NCBI RefSeq assembly: GCF_963921235.1
Contig: NC_086097.1
Location: 137,518,001-137,582,000, forward strand
From: Mobula hypostoma
Lineage: Eukaryota
Reading direction: 5' to 3'
DNA: 64,000 nucleotides
Position 1 is the first letter of the stretch. Each line of letters starts with the position of its first letter. Positions 37,557 through 50,339 of the stretch are shown here, in pieces. Below the pieces are notes generated by a model that had not been told where the DNA came from, made no database searches, and worked only from the letters and a program-made list of their open reading frames with translations. Made by a program: the position numbers and the translations under genes.

Positions 37557-39905
37557 TAATTGTTACTCCAGTTCTGATGCAGTACAAAAAGAAACAATAA
37601 GATGAAGAATACAATAAATATAAATGAATACGATAGCTTATAAAGAAAGATTGATTGTATGTCCTTAAGGTGATGCTTGGCACAGGAGTGTCTCCAGAAG
37701 GTGGCTGACAGGAAATGATAATGTAGTGGTGTTGGGGAATGTGGAGGGGTGGGTTAGTAGGTGGAGGTGTTGATCAGCCTTACTGCTTGGGGAAACTAAC
37801 TTTCCAAATCTGGTGGTCTTAGTGTGGATGCTACGTAGCCTCCTTCCTGATGGGAGTGGCACAGACAGTTCATGAGCAGGGTGGGTGGGATTCTTCATGA
37901 TGTTACCAGTCCTTTTCTGGCACTTTTCACTATCTATGCCATTGATGGTATATAGGCCGGTGCCGGCGATGTGTTGGAGAGTCTTCCTGTCCGCCGCAGT
38001 GTAGTTTCTGTATCATTCGGTCATGCAGCATGTTAGGGTGCTGTCTATTGCTCATCTGTAGAATGGTAGGAGTATAGACGTGCATTGCCCAGCTCGCTTC
38101 TGCCTCCTCAGAAAGCAGAGGCATTGGTGAGCTTTCCTGATTATATGGAATGTGTTCTGACACCTTGAGAAGTTGCCCTCTATACAACATATAGTATTAC
38201 CTAAAGTGAGAATGATCCTGTGTCCTTGACATACTGTAGAGTAATAGCCACAGCATAGAACTGAGCATTAACTCTTTGTAATATATATAATTTATTTTAC
38301 CCACTGAGTGGAAATAAATATACATCTTTTATATAATGCCTAATGTGTGGGACTGAATGTGCATCTTGTGAATATGATGTACAGTAAAGCCCAAAGAGTG
38401 GGGCTGAGCCTACACCCTGCATAGAGTATTATACAGAGTTCAGCAGACAGAATATCCTGTATATAACATACCACGGATTCGGTGAGTTGGACTCAATGCA
38501 TTTCCTGTGTACAACAGGCAGTGTGTGAGTTCCAGCATATTACTTTTATGTAATTCACAGTAATAGAGAGTAGGGCCCTAAATTATTCTTGTTTAGTATG
38601 CACAGTTAGATTAAATTATTGGGTGTGATTGCATTCTTATAAATGTACACAAATTACCTAGGGAGAGGAAGAGAGTGTATAATCTCCAGTGTTATCAGGT
38701 GGGATTGTGCTCCCTTGATACAAAGAGTGGACACCCTGAATATAATCTTTAATTCAATTGACTGTATCAACTGGAATACAATTGTTTTCATTAATTTTAG
38801 ATGCTTAGATTAGTGCCTTTGCAAATGGCTGTTAATTAGTTTCGTCTTGTTTCCTTGCATGAACCTTTTTATTGGGATCAGGTTGTATTGTATAGGTCAG
38901 TGGGAGGAAGTTAAACGCTGATTGTCACTTTTTGTGAGGTTGGAAGAGTGAATATTCTACATCCCAGGTATGTCCAGTAAGAACGAGTGAAATACTTGTT
39001 TTTAGGTTGTGGGGCATAGAGATGGATTCAATATTCAATATGTACATTGGGCACAGGACTGGGATTGGACTGTCACTGAAACTAAACTGTTGATTAAAGT
39101 AACCAGGACTTAGCCGGTTTATGATTGGTAATCCTCAATAGATTCACCTATGATGCAAATCTGCTGGTATAGCTGCAAACCTCATTTGGGGTTTCTAAGT
39201 TTTTAATTTGTCTGTGAGTAAATAACTTGTAAGGAGTGGAAGCAGAGCGATGTGTTTGGAAGTCAGAGTACATTTAGTGTACCAACACCAGCAGGAGATT
39301 ATGGAATAGTAACATAATCCTGGATGGGTCCAAGAACAAGAGGCTTGGATGATTTAAGCACCAGGCCAGATTGAAAAGGTCAGGGTGTCAGGCGCTGCTG
39401 CACAAGGTTTACTCACCTCTGTGCTGAACTGAGGAGTGGGCTCCTGAATCGGCTGCAGTGTTGACTGACTTCATGGCTGTGTACTCACTCCCCTGAACTT
39501 CAGTTCTTGCTTGCTTTTGTTGTTTGCATGATTTGTTTTTTTTTCCTGCACGTTGGGTGTTTGATGGTCTTTTAAATGGGTTCTATTGGGTTTCTTTGTT
39601 TTGTGGCCACCTGTAAGGAGACAAATCTCAAGGTTGTATGATGTATACATACTTTGGTAATAAACGTACTTTGACTTTGAAAAAGGGTTTCATTTGGAAG
39701 CGGCAGTACCTTCCACATTGAAAGAGCTTGAATCTACCATCTTGCTTATTGCAAGAGATTACTTGGCTGTGGGACGAATTGTTCTGTCTGTATTGCGAAT
39801 GCATATCTGACTTCCTCGCTTATCCACGAACCATTAAGTACAAACCAGTTCTGAGGATTTTTTCCTCTGGTAACATGCCTCATCTATTCCAGGGAATAGA
39901 TGAGA

Positions 39906-42175
39906 TCAGGTCACAGATCTCTCAGTGGGTGAGCATCTGGGGGACAGCGACCACTGCTCCTTGGCCTTTAGCATTGTCATGGAAAAGGATAGAATCAGGG
40001 GGGACAGGAAAATTTTTAGTTGGGGAAGGGCAAATTATGAGGCTATAAGGCTAGAACTTGCGGGTGTGAATTGGGATGATGTTTTTGCAGGGAAATGTAC
40101 TACGGACATGTGGTCGATGTTTAGGGATCTCTTGCAGGACGTTAGGGATAAATTTGTCACGGTGAGGAAGATAAAGAATGGTAGGGTGAAGGAACCATGG
40201 GTGACAAGTGAGGTGGAAAATCTAGTCAGGTGGAAGAAGGCAGCATACATGAGGTTTAGGAAGCAAGGATCAGATGGGTCTATTGAGGAATATAGGTTAG
40301 CAAGAAAGGAGCTTAAGGGGCTGAGAAGAGCAAGAAGGGGGCATGAGGAGGCCTTGGCGAGTAGGGTAAAGAAAACCCCAAGGCATTCTTCAATTATGTG
40401 AAGAACAAAAGGATGACAGGAGTGAAGGTAGGACCGATTAAAGATAAAGTTGGGAAGATGTGCCTGGAGGCTGTGGAAGTGAGCGCGGTCCTCAATGAAT
40501 ACTTCTCTTCGGTATTCACCAATGAGAGGGAACTTGATGACAGTGAGGACAATATGAGTGAGGTTGATGTTCTGGAGCATGTTGATATTAAGGGAGAGGA
40601 GGTGTTGGAGTTGTTAAAATACATTAGGATGGGTAAGTCCCCAGGGCCTGATGGAATATTCCCCAGGCTGCTCCACGAGGCGAGGGAAGAGATTTCTGAG
40701 CCTCTGGCTAGGATCTTTATGTCCTCGTTGTCCACGGGAATGGTACCGGAGGATTGAAGGGAGGCGAATGTTGTCCCCTTGTTCAAAAAAGGTAGTAGGG
40801 ATAGTCCGTGTAATTATAGACCAGTGAGCCTTACATTTGTGGTGGGAAAGCTGTTGGAAAAGATTCTTAGAGGTAGGATCTATGGGCCTTTAGAGAATCA
40901 TGGTCTGATCAGGGACAGTCAGCATGGCTTTGTGAAGGGCAGATCATGTCTAACAAGCCTGATAGAGTTCTTTGAGGAAGTGACCAGGCATATAGATGAG
41001 GTTAGTGCAGTGGATGTGATCTATATGGATTTTAGTAAGGCATTTGACAAGGTTCCATATGGTAGGCTTATTCAGAAAGTCAGAAGGCATGGAATCCAGG
41101 GAAGTTTGGCCAGGTGGATTCAGAATTGGCTTGCCTGCAGAAGGCAGAGGGTTGAGGTGGAGGGAGTACATTCAGACTGGAGGGTTGTGTCTAGTGGTGT
41201 CCCACAAGGATCTGTTCTGGGACCTCTACTTTTCGTGATTTTTATTAACGACCTGGATGTGGGGGTAGAAGGGTGGGTTGGCAAGTTTGCTGTCGACACA
41301 AAGGTTGGTGGTGTTGTGGGTAGTGTAGAGGATTGTCGAAGATAGCAGAGGGACATTGATAGGATGCAGAAGTGGGCTGAGAAGTGGCAGATGGAGTTCA
41401 ACCCAGAGAAGTGTGAGGTGGTACACTTTGGAAGGACAAACTCCAAGGCAGAGTACAAAGTAAATGGCAGGATACTTGGTCGTGTGGAGGAACAGAGGGA
41501 TCTGGGGTACATGTCCACAGATCCCTGAAAGTTGCCTCACAGGTGGATAGGGTAGTTAAGAAAGCTTATGGGGTGTTAGCTTTCATAAGTCGAGTGATTG
41601 AGTTTAAGAGTCGCGATGTAATGATGCAGCTCTATAAAACTCTGGTTAGGCCACACTTGGAGTACTGTGTCCGGTTCTGGTCGCCTCACTATAGGAAGGA
41701 TGTGGAAGCATTGGAAAGGGTACAGAGGAAATTTACCAGGATGCTGCCTGGTTTAGAGAGTACGGATTATGATCAGAGATTAAGGGAACTTGGACTTTAC
41801 TCTTTGGAGAGAAGGAGGATGAGAGGAGACATGATAGAGGTAAACAAGAGATATTAAGAGTAATAGAGTGGACAGCCAGCACCTCTTCCCCAGGGCACCA
41901 CTGCTCAATACAGGAGGACATGGCTTTAAGGTAAGGGGTGGGAAGTTCTAAGGGGATATTAGAGGAAGGTTTTTTACTCAGAGAATGGTTGGTATGTGGA
42001 ATGCACTGCCTGAGTCAGTGGTGGAGGCAGATACACTAGTGAAATTTAAGAGATTACTAGACAGGTATATGGAGGAATTTAAGGTGGCGGGGTTATATGG
42101 GAGGCAGGGTTTAAGGGTCCCAGAACATTGTGGGTCGAAGGGCCTGTACTGTGCTGTACTATTTTATGTTCTATA
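39906..42175 (+). mobile_element. 5'-truncated CR1 LINE in ABHD5 intron 1, same subfamily as 4351-7086
   Basis: Near-identical peptides ([45 protein letters not shown]); several stops and frameshifts; FAVD for FADD; TATGTTCTAT tail. Confidence 0.95.
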
Positions 42176-42539
42176 TTTGAGCTGTTTGTGGACTCCTGAC
42201 TACCTTTGTATGGGGATCTAATAAATTGCTATGAATGGGAATGAGCAGGCTGATGCAGACTCGGCTCTAGGCCACAGTTACTGAGAGGTTGCTGCCCAAC
42301 TGCAGAGAAAGAAATCAAGAAGCCTGAGGCTTTGTGCTTGCAGTATTCCTTGTGGCTTTCAGTGGAAGTTGGAAATTCAGTGAGCTGGGTTGCTTGATTT
42401 GCTGCAAATACCGGCAGACCTGATTCCCAGTCCTGGCCAATGACCTTCTATATTCCATTCAACAGAGGCATAATAAAGGCGTAACAGTGAAGTACTCAGA
42501 ATGCTTGATAAATTCATTTTTCTCAATGTTTTTTTTTAG

Positions 42540-42625
42540 GTTAGGATGGCTTCTTAGTTGGCTGCCAACTTGGTGTCCCACGTCTATATCTCTTCTCAAG
42601 GATGCAGAGAATAAGATGTTACAGG
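42540..42625 (+). CDS. ABHD5: ABHD5 coding exon 2 ([28 protein letters not shown])
   Basis: Poly-T tract + AG acceptor, G|GTAAGG donor, 86 nt. Trp-rich lipid-droplet anchor matches human [28 protein letters not shown]. Confidence 0.97.
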
Positions 42626-44158
42626 GTAAGGAACAATAGTTAAACATCCCTGTCTATTTGGTAGTCTTAATTTTTTTATGCAGTCTGCACTTATAGCAGA
42701 AAAGATGAAGAACGTGAAAGTAATAAGTGCTGCTGCATTTATCTGGTGTGCTAGTTATGCCTTGAGAGAGAAACAGAGTCAGCATTACAGATTGATGATA
42801 CTTAGAACAAAAAAACTATTTAGAAAGCAAACATGCTTTAAGTTGCAGAGAAGTGGGAGAGATGGAGAAAATAATATCTCTGATAGGGTAGAGATGAAGG
42901 AAAATTGGGAAGAATGAATCAAAATTTACATTTGCAAACAAAAGAGACCTTAGCCTCCTTAACATCTGTCACAGCAACTGTTTGGTCAGCTCCAAGGAAT
43001 TGTGGCTGGGAATCTGGTCTCCACAACCCAACCCTCTCTTGGTTTCCACTGCCTATGACAGGCTTTCTCATTGTTCACTATTGCGTACATTTGCATGGAG
43101 TGCTCCTGAGAAAATAGCATCGGTCGTCAAAGACTTGCACTATCCAGGCCATGCCCTCTTCTCACAACTATCATCCAGCAGGAGGAATTTCAGAAGCCTT
43201 AGATACCACACCACCAGGTTCAGGAACTGTTATTAGCCATATAACAATTACAGCGTGGAAATAGGCCATCTCGGCCCTTCTAGTCCGTGCCGAACTCTTA
43301 CTCTCACCATAATAACCATATAACAAATGATTATTACCCAACAACCATCAGGCTTTTAAACCAGCATGGATAACCACTATTCTGAACTGATTCAATGACC
43401 TACAGACTCACTTTCTACTCTTTACAACTCATGTTCTCATTATTATTTTTATCCTCAGTTTGCCTTTTTTGAACATTGTTGTTTGTCAGTCTTTGTTTAT
43501 GTAAAGTTTTTCATAAAATTCTATTGTATTTCTTTTCTTCCTGCAAATGCCTGCAAGAAAGTGAATCTCAAGGTAACATATATGTACTTTTTACTTTTAA
43601 TGCTGACTTTTCAAACCCTCTGTGTTGCTACTTCAGGCACATTTGATTTCTAGGTTGAAATGTTGACTCTTTTTCTCTCTCCACAGAAACTGCCTGACCT
43701 AGGAGTATTTTTTAGTTTGTATTTCAAATTTCTAACGTCTGCAGATTTATTGTATTTTTGATGTATGGATGGTGGAGATATAGGAATGCATGATTATCAT
43801 GAGGTTTGCTTAAGTTATTTTAAGAATTTCATACTGAACAAGGAGATATGATATTACTTGAAAAAGTAATCCATTGAAAATACACATTTCAAAGTGAACT
43901 CCTACAATGTCTCTGTTGTATACCAACTAAACTCCTTACATCAAAAGCTTTGACCTTTTATTTAGAAAGATGAGGGGGAAGGACAAGAACAAAGACAAAA
44001 ATTAAATTTGAACTGATTTAAAAGAAAGTACCCTCATTGTACCCCAGATCTAGACTATTGTGATGTTTGGAATATCATGGATATTTTGAATTAATAAACT
44101 CAAAAAGTTCGAGGATTTTCCTTCAGTAACGTGTTTAGTTACGTAAACACGAGGAACA

Positions 44159-44194
44159 AGTCCTGACGAAGGGTCTCGGCCTGAAACGTCGACT
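44159..44194 (+). ncRNA. Putative minimal type-I hammerhead ribozyme (Penelope-derived), ABHD5 intron 2, sense
   Basis: AGTC-CTGACGA-AGGGTCTCGGCCT-GAAAC-GTC^GACT: core boxes CUGANGA and GAAA, stem I AGUC/GACU, short stem II, loopless palindromic stem III, GUC triplet ending at 44190. Confidence 0.65.
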
Positions 44195-44689
44195 GTAGCT
44201 CTTCCTAGAGATGCTGCCTGGCCTGCTGCGTTCACCAGCAACTTTGATGTGTGTAACTTGTTTAGTTCATCTTTTTGTCCTCTCACTGAATTTAAATTAG
44301 CCTTGAGAGTTTCAGAAGAATCAAGAAAGTTGTAGGTTCCTTTTTATATCTCCCAAAGGCATATGGGGAAATTTTCTTACATTAAGGAATTCAATATTTC
44401 CCACACAAATTGAGATCAGAGGCATTGACACAGCCCCTAAGGAATTATACTTCCAGGGAACTAAACCAAGATGACCACACATTGGATGCAATGACTAAAA
44501 CCTATCCATCACCACTAATTGAGTTTAGTACCCAGAAGGACTTTGGGCCTAATAGGTTTTTAATAGACTAAATTCGATCAAATTGAATATCTGAATCCAA
44601 GTTGTGCTGCTCACAGTGGCAAATGTGTTAAATTCAAAAAATGCTGAGATAAACAAATCAGGTTGATTTTAATTTTTTTTATTTCGCAG

Positions 44690-45062
44690 GTGTCAGAAAT
44701 AATTTTACGAAAGATTTTGTTTCGTTACCAAGTGGCAACAAGATTTGGACATTAGTTTTCGGTCAAGATATTAATAACAAAATTCCACTTATTCTGATTC
44801 ATGGATTTGGAGGGGGTGTTGGACTATGGACCTTAAACTTTGATGCCCTCAGCCTTCAACGCACTGTATATGCTTTTGACCTTGTGGGATTTGGTCAAAG
44901 TAGTAGGCCGCATTTCAGCAGTGACTCTGAACTGGCAGAAGCTCAGTTTGTGGAGTCTATAGAGGAATGGAGGGCAACGTTGGGAATGGAGAAGATGATT
45001 TTATTGGGACACAACTTTGGAGGATATTTGGCTGCAGCATATGCAATTAAGTATCCACAAAG
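44690..45062 (+). CDS. ABHD5: ABHD5 coding exon 3 (alpha/beta-hydrolase core)
   Basis: TTTCGCAG acceptor, AG|GTAGGT donor, 373 nt open. Encodes [40 protein letters not shown] and GHNFGG (Asn in place of the catalytic Ser). Confidence 0.98.
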
Positions 45063-45370
45063 GTAGGTAGCAAATGTTTTGGAAAATAACAGCTTGGAAG
45101 CATTAGTAGAAAGAGTCAGAGTTGAAGGGTTCAGTAAATAGTTTGCATAAGCAGTGAGCTAATAGTTTATCACCATTAGTCCAAAAGTTGAAATAATAAT
45201 CCTTTTTTCATTTATACATTCTGTTAATGATTGTAACAATCAACTGACAAGATACTTCTGCCAGAAGTGCGCTTTAAGGTTCTACTTTATTCTCAGCTAA
45301 GTAGCCATGGGTTTCCTCTCATTCCTGCTTAGTAGGCTGCTGGTTCCCCTATATTTCTAATCATTGCACC

Positions 45371-45660
45371 CTGGCTTCACCTCATTCCCAGTCACTGTTT
45401 CACTGGCCTCACCTCATTCCCAGTCACTGTTTCACTGGCCTCACCTCATTCCCAGTTACTGTTTCACTGGCCTCACCGCATTCCCGGTCACTAAGCTGTG
45501 GGCTTCTCGTTCTCAATCACTCACTGACGTCTCCTCATTCCCAGTTACTGCACCACTGGCCTCTACATTTCCGGTTATTGGGCTACAACTCTCTCTTCAG
45601 TCCCAGTGAGTACATACAGGTCTCCCTTCTTTCCTAGTCAGTTGTCCTCAGATTACTTCC
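45371..45660. repeat. 32-bp minisatellite (CTGGCCTCACCTCATTCCCAGTCACTGTTTCA), decaying rightward
   Basis: Units start at 45371, 45403, 45435 and 45467; progressively more diverged copies follow. Confidence 0.85.
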
Positions 45661-48600
45661 ATTTTCAGCTCTTGGTTACAGGTTATCTACATTGTCAGTG
45701 AGAGGACTCCAGATTTATGCAGAATCTTGCCCAGTGTTCACCACAGTAGACTTTCATTTGCCATTCAAATGGCAGTTTTTCTATTCTGTAGTGAATTACA
45801 CAATTCAGAAAATTATCACCAAATTTCCCTGTTAAAATTGCACATCTAAAATGCTTATCAGATATTTGGACTGCATCGTTCTGGGAGTTGGTTTAGAATT
45901 TTCATCTGAGCATTAATTGCTGGGGATAGTTATGTCATTTTTAAATTCACAATGTTATTTACAATTCCTTTCACAGCCTCACCTCTCATTATATCGGCAA
46001 TTTCCTCCAGTGCTATAACTTCCTTATTTCTGTATACTTCCAGTTCTAGCCTCTTCAGTAAACCCTATTTTAATTGCTTGAACATTGCCAGCCGTTGAAT
46101 ATGCCCTAAACTTTAGAATTCCTTCCTTAAACCTTTATTTTTTTTCTCTCTTCCTTCAAGGTATCCCTTAAAACTTAGCTTTTGTCATTTCTTAATATCA
46201 CCATTCATGATTCTTAACAGAATAGTATAGCTGTTCGGTCCATGATGTTGTGTTGGATTTATTAAACTAGTAATTAAAAGCCTACTGAGCTATTCCCTTT
46301 TGCTTCACAATGGACTGCATATTCATGTGCCTCTAAGAGCATCATAAATGCCTCAATTGTATTTGTTTCCACTGTCACCCCTGGCAGTGCATTCTGGGCA
46401 CCGGTCACTCTTTTCTTAAAAAGCCTGCCCTAATCATCTCCTTTGAACTTATCCCCACACATCTTAAATGCCTTCTCGTATTAGGGATTTTGATTCTGGG
46501 GTAAAGGTACTGACCTTCTACTCTATCTATGCCCCTTCTAACCTTCTATCAGGTCTCCCCTCAGCTTCTGCAGCTCCAGAGAAATCACCTAATTTTGTCA
46601 AACCTCTTCTTCTACGTAGAGGTTGGATAAACTTGGGTTGTTTTCTCTGGAATAATGGAGTGTGAGGTGAAACCTAATGGAAGTTTATAAGGGAGCATAG
46701 ATGAGTAGAATCAGGAATAGCCTTTGTATCCCTACAATTGCTTCATCAGTAACTATGACCATACTTGATCCTGTGCTGTAAAACCTCTTGTGTGTCCAAC
46801 TGTGGTTCCTTGTGTCCAAATGTCTATCAGTTTCATCCTTTAATATACCCTACATCTGTCTGTGAAGTATTGTTTCAGTTCTGAATGTCTGATGCTTGAT
46901 TCTTTGCCCCCCCTCTCTTCCCCTCCCCTATTTATAGAGTTTGCTATTGGGAGGAAATTGCTTCTTGGCACCTAACTTGCCAATACCTTTCAAAATACTT
47001 TATAACTTACTGAGATCATCAGCCATTTTACTCAACCTGTCCTCATTCCCCTTGTCCTAGGAATCAGTTCAGTTTATTGTTGCTATGTATACCCACAAGT
47101 TGCTTTACATTGTATGTTGGGTGGTATTGCGATTTTATTTTTCTGGAACTCTACCTAAAGTTATCACTTGTGCTGTTAGCAAAGGACCTGCGTTCCAGTA
47201 CCCACTGACAAATTCTTTCTGCCTGAGAAAGACATCTGTGAGCTGTGGAGTTAGAAAAATACATTCAAAATAAAAATGAATAGCTTTCAGATTTTGGTAA
47301 GATTTTTGGCATTCAACTATTTTGAATGCAGGTTTATTTTCGTATCACTTAAAGTAATGCAAGACAGGAGGAAATTCCTGATGCTTAGGCTTGGTGTTAA
47401 AGTTGGAGTCAGTTATACCAGGGCACACTAAATGACCTGCCTACATGTTAAAAGATCTGATTATTTCTTGTAGAAGTGGTCTAGGAAGGCATTTTTTAGG
47501 TGCAGCATGAGAAAGAAGAGGGGAAAATATCTGTTACAATTGTAATCGATAACTATTAGGTAAATAATGAATTATTTACTGGCACATTAACAAAATCCTG
47601 CAGTTTAGCTAGGGAGGGAGAAAAAACAAAGTTGTAAATAACTTGAGGATGAGAGTTTTGGGGGAAGGGTAAAATAAAATAATTGCATATTCAAGTTTCA
47701 TAACATGAGGGGCAGTTAAAGTTACAAATATTATTTTCTGCCTATCAAAATTGCATCTTGAGAAATACTACTTTTCCCTTTCCTTAATTGTAACAACAAC
47801 ATTTTTATTCCTGGCTTTCTTCTCCACTCATCGGTATGCTGTCCCATTGTAACACTAACATTCTAACACACACAGGCAATTGCATTATCCAGCTCCTCCT
47901 CCCTACATGTATCTTGAACCTGTTAACTATTTAGGTGATGTCATTCCATTTGTTTGCTATCCAGTTCTGGATGAGTCACCATCATGCAGCTGAATATTGG
48001 GAATCAGTGTTGCCACCTTTGATCCCAATCATTAACTCTGCTCCCTTATCTTTGACTCCTTTATTGATATAGCTGAATCAAGCTTTCAATCCCACATTTT
48101 AGCCATTCAGGGGCAAAATCAAGAAACATATTTTCCATACAATGAGTGGTAGAACTTTAGAAACTATGATAAAATGTTACTGTTTGTGGGACCGGACAAA
48201 GTCCTGTCCTGAAAAAAAATCCTACTTGAAATGCAACAAATTGGTAATATCGAAAGGTTGCTGAGTGCTATCATAGTTATACTGCAGGCAGTTGTAAAAG
48301 TACTAATAAGTGAACAGTAATAATACCTCAATAACTGGTACACCAAGCTATGGCACAGATGATACTTATGTTTGTGCACCCTTGCTAAGTTATGTACTGA
48401 AACATGCAAGGATGGGCTTTACATTAACCAAAGTTCAAAAGTTCAAAGTAAATTTATTATGGAAGTACATGTATGTCACCAAATACAACCCTGAGATTCA
48501 TTTTCTTGCGGGCAATCACAGTAAATAGAAGAAACACAATATAATCAATGAAACACCACATCCAACAGGGCGGACAACAACCAATGTGCAAAGCAAACAA

Positions 48601-50007
48601 CAAACTGCAAGTAAAGAAGGAAAGGAGAGGAAAAAAAAGAAATAATAATAATAAATAAATATTGAGAACATGAGACGAAGAGTCCTTGAAGGTGAGTGTA
48701 TAGGTTGTAGGAACATTTCGATGATGTTATGAAACATTTATAAAATAAATGACCCATACTAATCTGCAAGGGTGTGCCCTGAGCACAGCCAAGGGTGTGT
48801 TAGTTGTTAACACAAACAACATATTTCACTGTATGTTTTGATGTACATGTGATAAATAATCTTGAATCTTCCACGTTACCACCTCTGATGATGAGGTTAA
48901 AAGTGATGAGACCTGAAAAATGTGGATCATTTTTCACACCTTGGGAGCCACTTCTCAGCCAAGCCAGCTGCTCTTGTGTTTGTGAAATTCGTTAACTGCC
49001 TCAAATGTTTAAGCACACTCTTTGCTTATCTGAAGAAAAGTATTTTCAAAGAAAAAGATCTCTAAACCTGCAGTCTGGTGAGAAGCAGTGATCACTGCAC
49101 TCTAGTACATTTTGAAGGTGGACTACCTATTCAAAGCACTGGAGAAATACCACTTGTCCTGTCTCTGCAGAATCCATCAGATCCACAATTGGGAATATAA
49201 AGTCTTTCTTAGCATCCTTTCCCAGGTCAATATCTCCAGTACTGATGTCCTTTATTTCATTTAGCAGCCACTGTCCCATCTTAGCTCTGATGGTGAGTCA
49301 TATCCTTTGCCTGCCTGTCACCAAAACAGACATAGTACCCTGAAAGACACACAGACAGGAAATATTTCTTTGATGTTCTTAAAATAGTGTAATGTCCTCA
49401 CAGACATATGGCCCTGGAAAACTAAAAAGGAGAAGGAAAGGTAATGAGTATTTTGAATTATTTTGGCAGGAGCATGCAAATTCCCAGTGAAAACAGTAGA
49501 AGGGGTCATAACCTCCCATGCAAGCCTCCAAGCATCAGTACCAGGTTCTGTGTACCCCACGTCAGCTTCATTAGCTACCTCAGTACTCAAAAATTGGAGG
49601 GGAAGTAAGTTATCCTTAACTCCAGGGAACTGCCTGAGAAATAACTGATTAAGCATAGAAAACATTGCTTCAGCAGTTTACATCATTTGACTTCCTTTCT
49701 CAGTGACCATTGCAAGTTTTTTTTTAAAACCACTGTTACCTTCAGTGACATCAACATGCAAGTTAAACCAGTAGTAGACCGTAAGACACAGGAACAGAAT
49801 TAGGCCATCAAGTCTGATCTGCCATTCTATCATGGCTTACTTATTATCCCTCTCAACCCCATTCTCCTGCCTTCTTCCCCGACCGTAACCTTTAACACCC
49901 TTACTAATCAAGAATCTATCAACCTCTGCTTTAAATGTACCCAATGACTTGGGTATTTGGTAGTGACATATAACAATTAATACATTTAACTTGTATGCTG
50001 CTTTCAG

Positions 50008-50162
50008 GGTGAAGCACCTCATTCTTGTTGAGCCATGGGGATTTCCAGAGCGACTAAACCACAGTGAGCGGGAACGACCAATGCCATTGTGGATAAAAGC
50101 CCTGGGTGCAATTCTGAGTCCTTTCAATCCACTAGCTGGCCTTAGATTGGCTGGGCCTTTGG
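50008..50162 (+). CDS. ABHD5: ABHD5 coding exon 4 ([15 protein letters not shown]...[14 protein letters not shown])
   Basis: CTTTCAG acceptor, G|GTAAGA donor, 155 nt, phase-compatible; close match to human [15 protein letters not shown]...[15 protein letters not shown]. Confidence 0.98.
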
Positions 50163-50339
50163 GTAAGAAGACTAACTGTTAAATCAAAAGTATAGTACAA
50201 CAACAAATCTGCTGTTAGTCAAAATAGTGCCATTGGTTACTGTTTTAAAAACATAATATATATAATTAAGTATAATTTATCTTAATTTTGACAAGTTGGG
50301 TTTATTGTCATATGCACAAGTATACAATTGACTAAAAAC

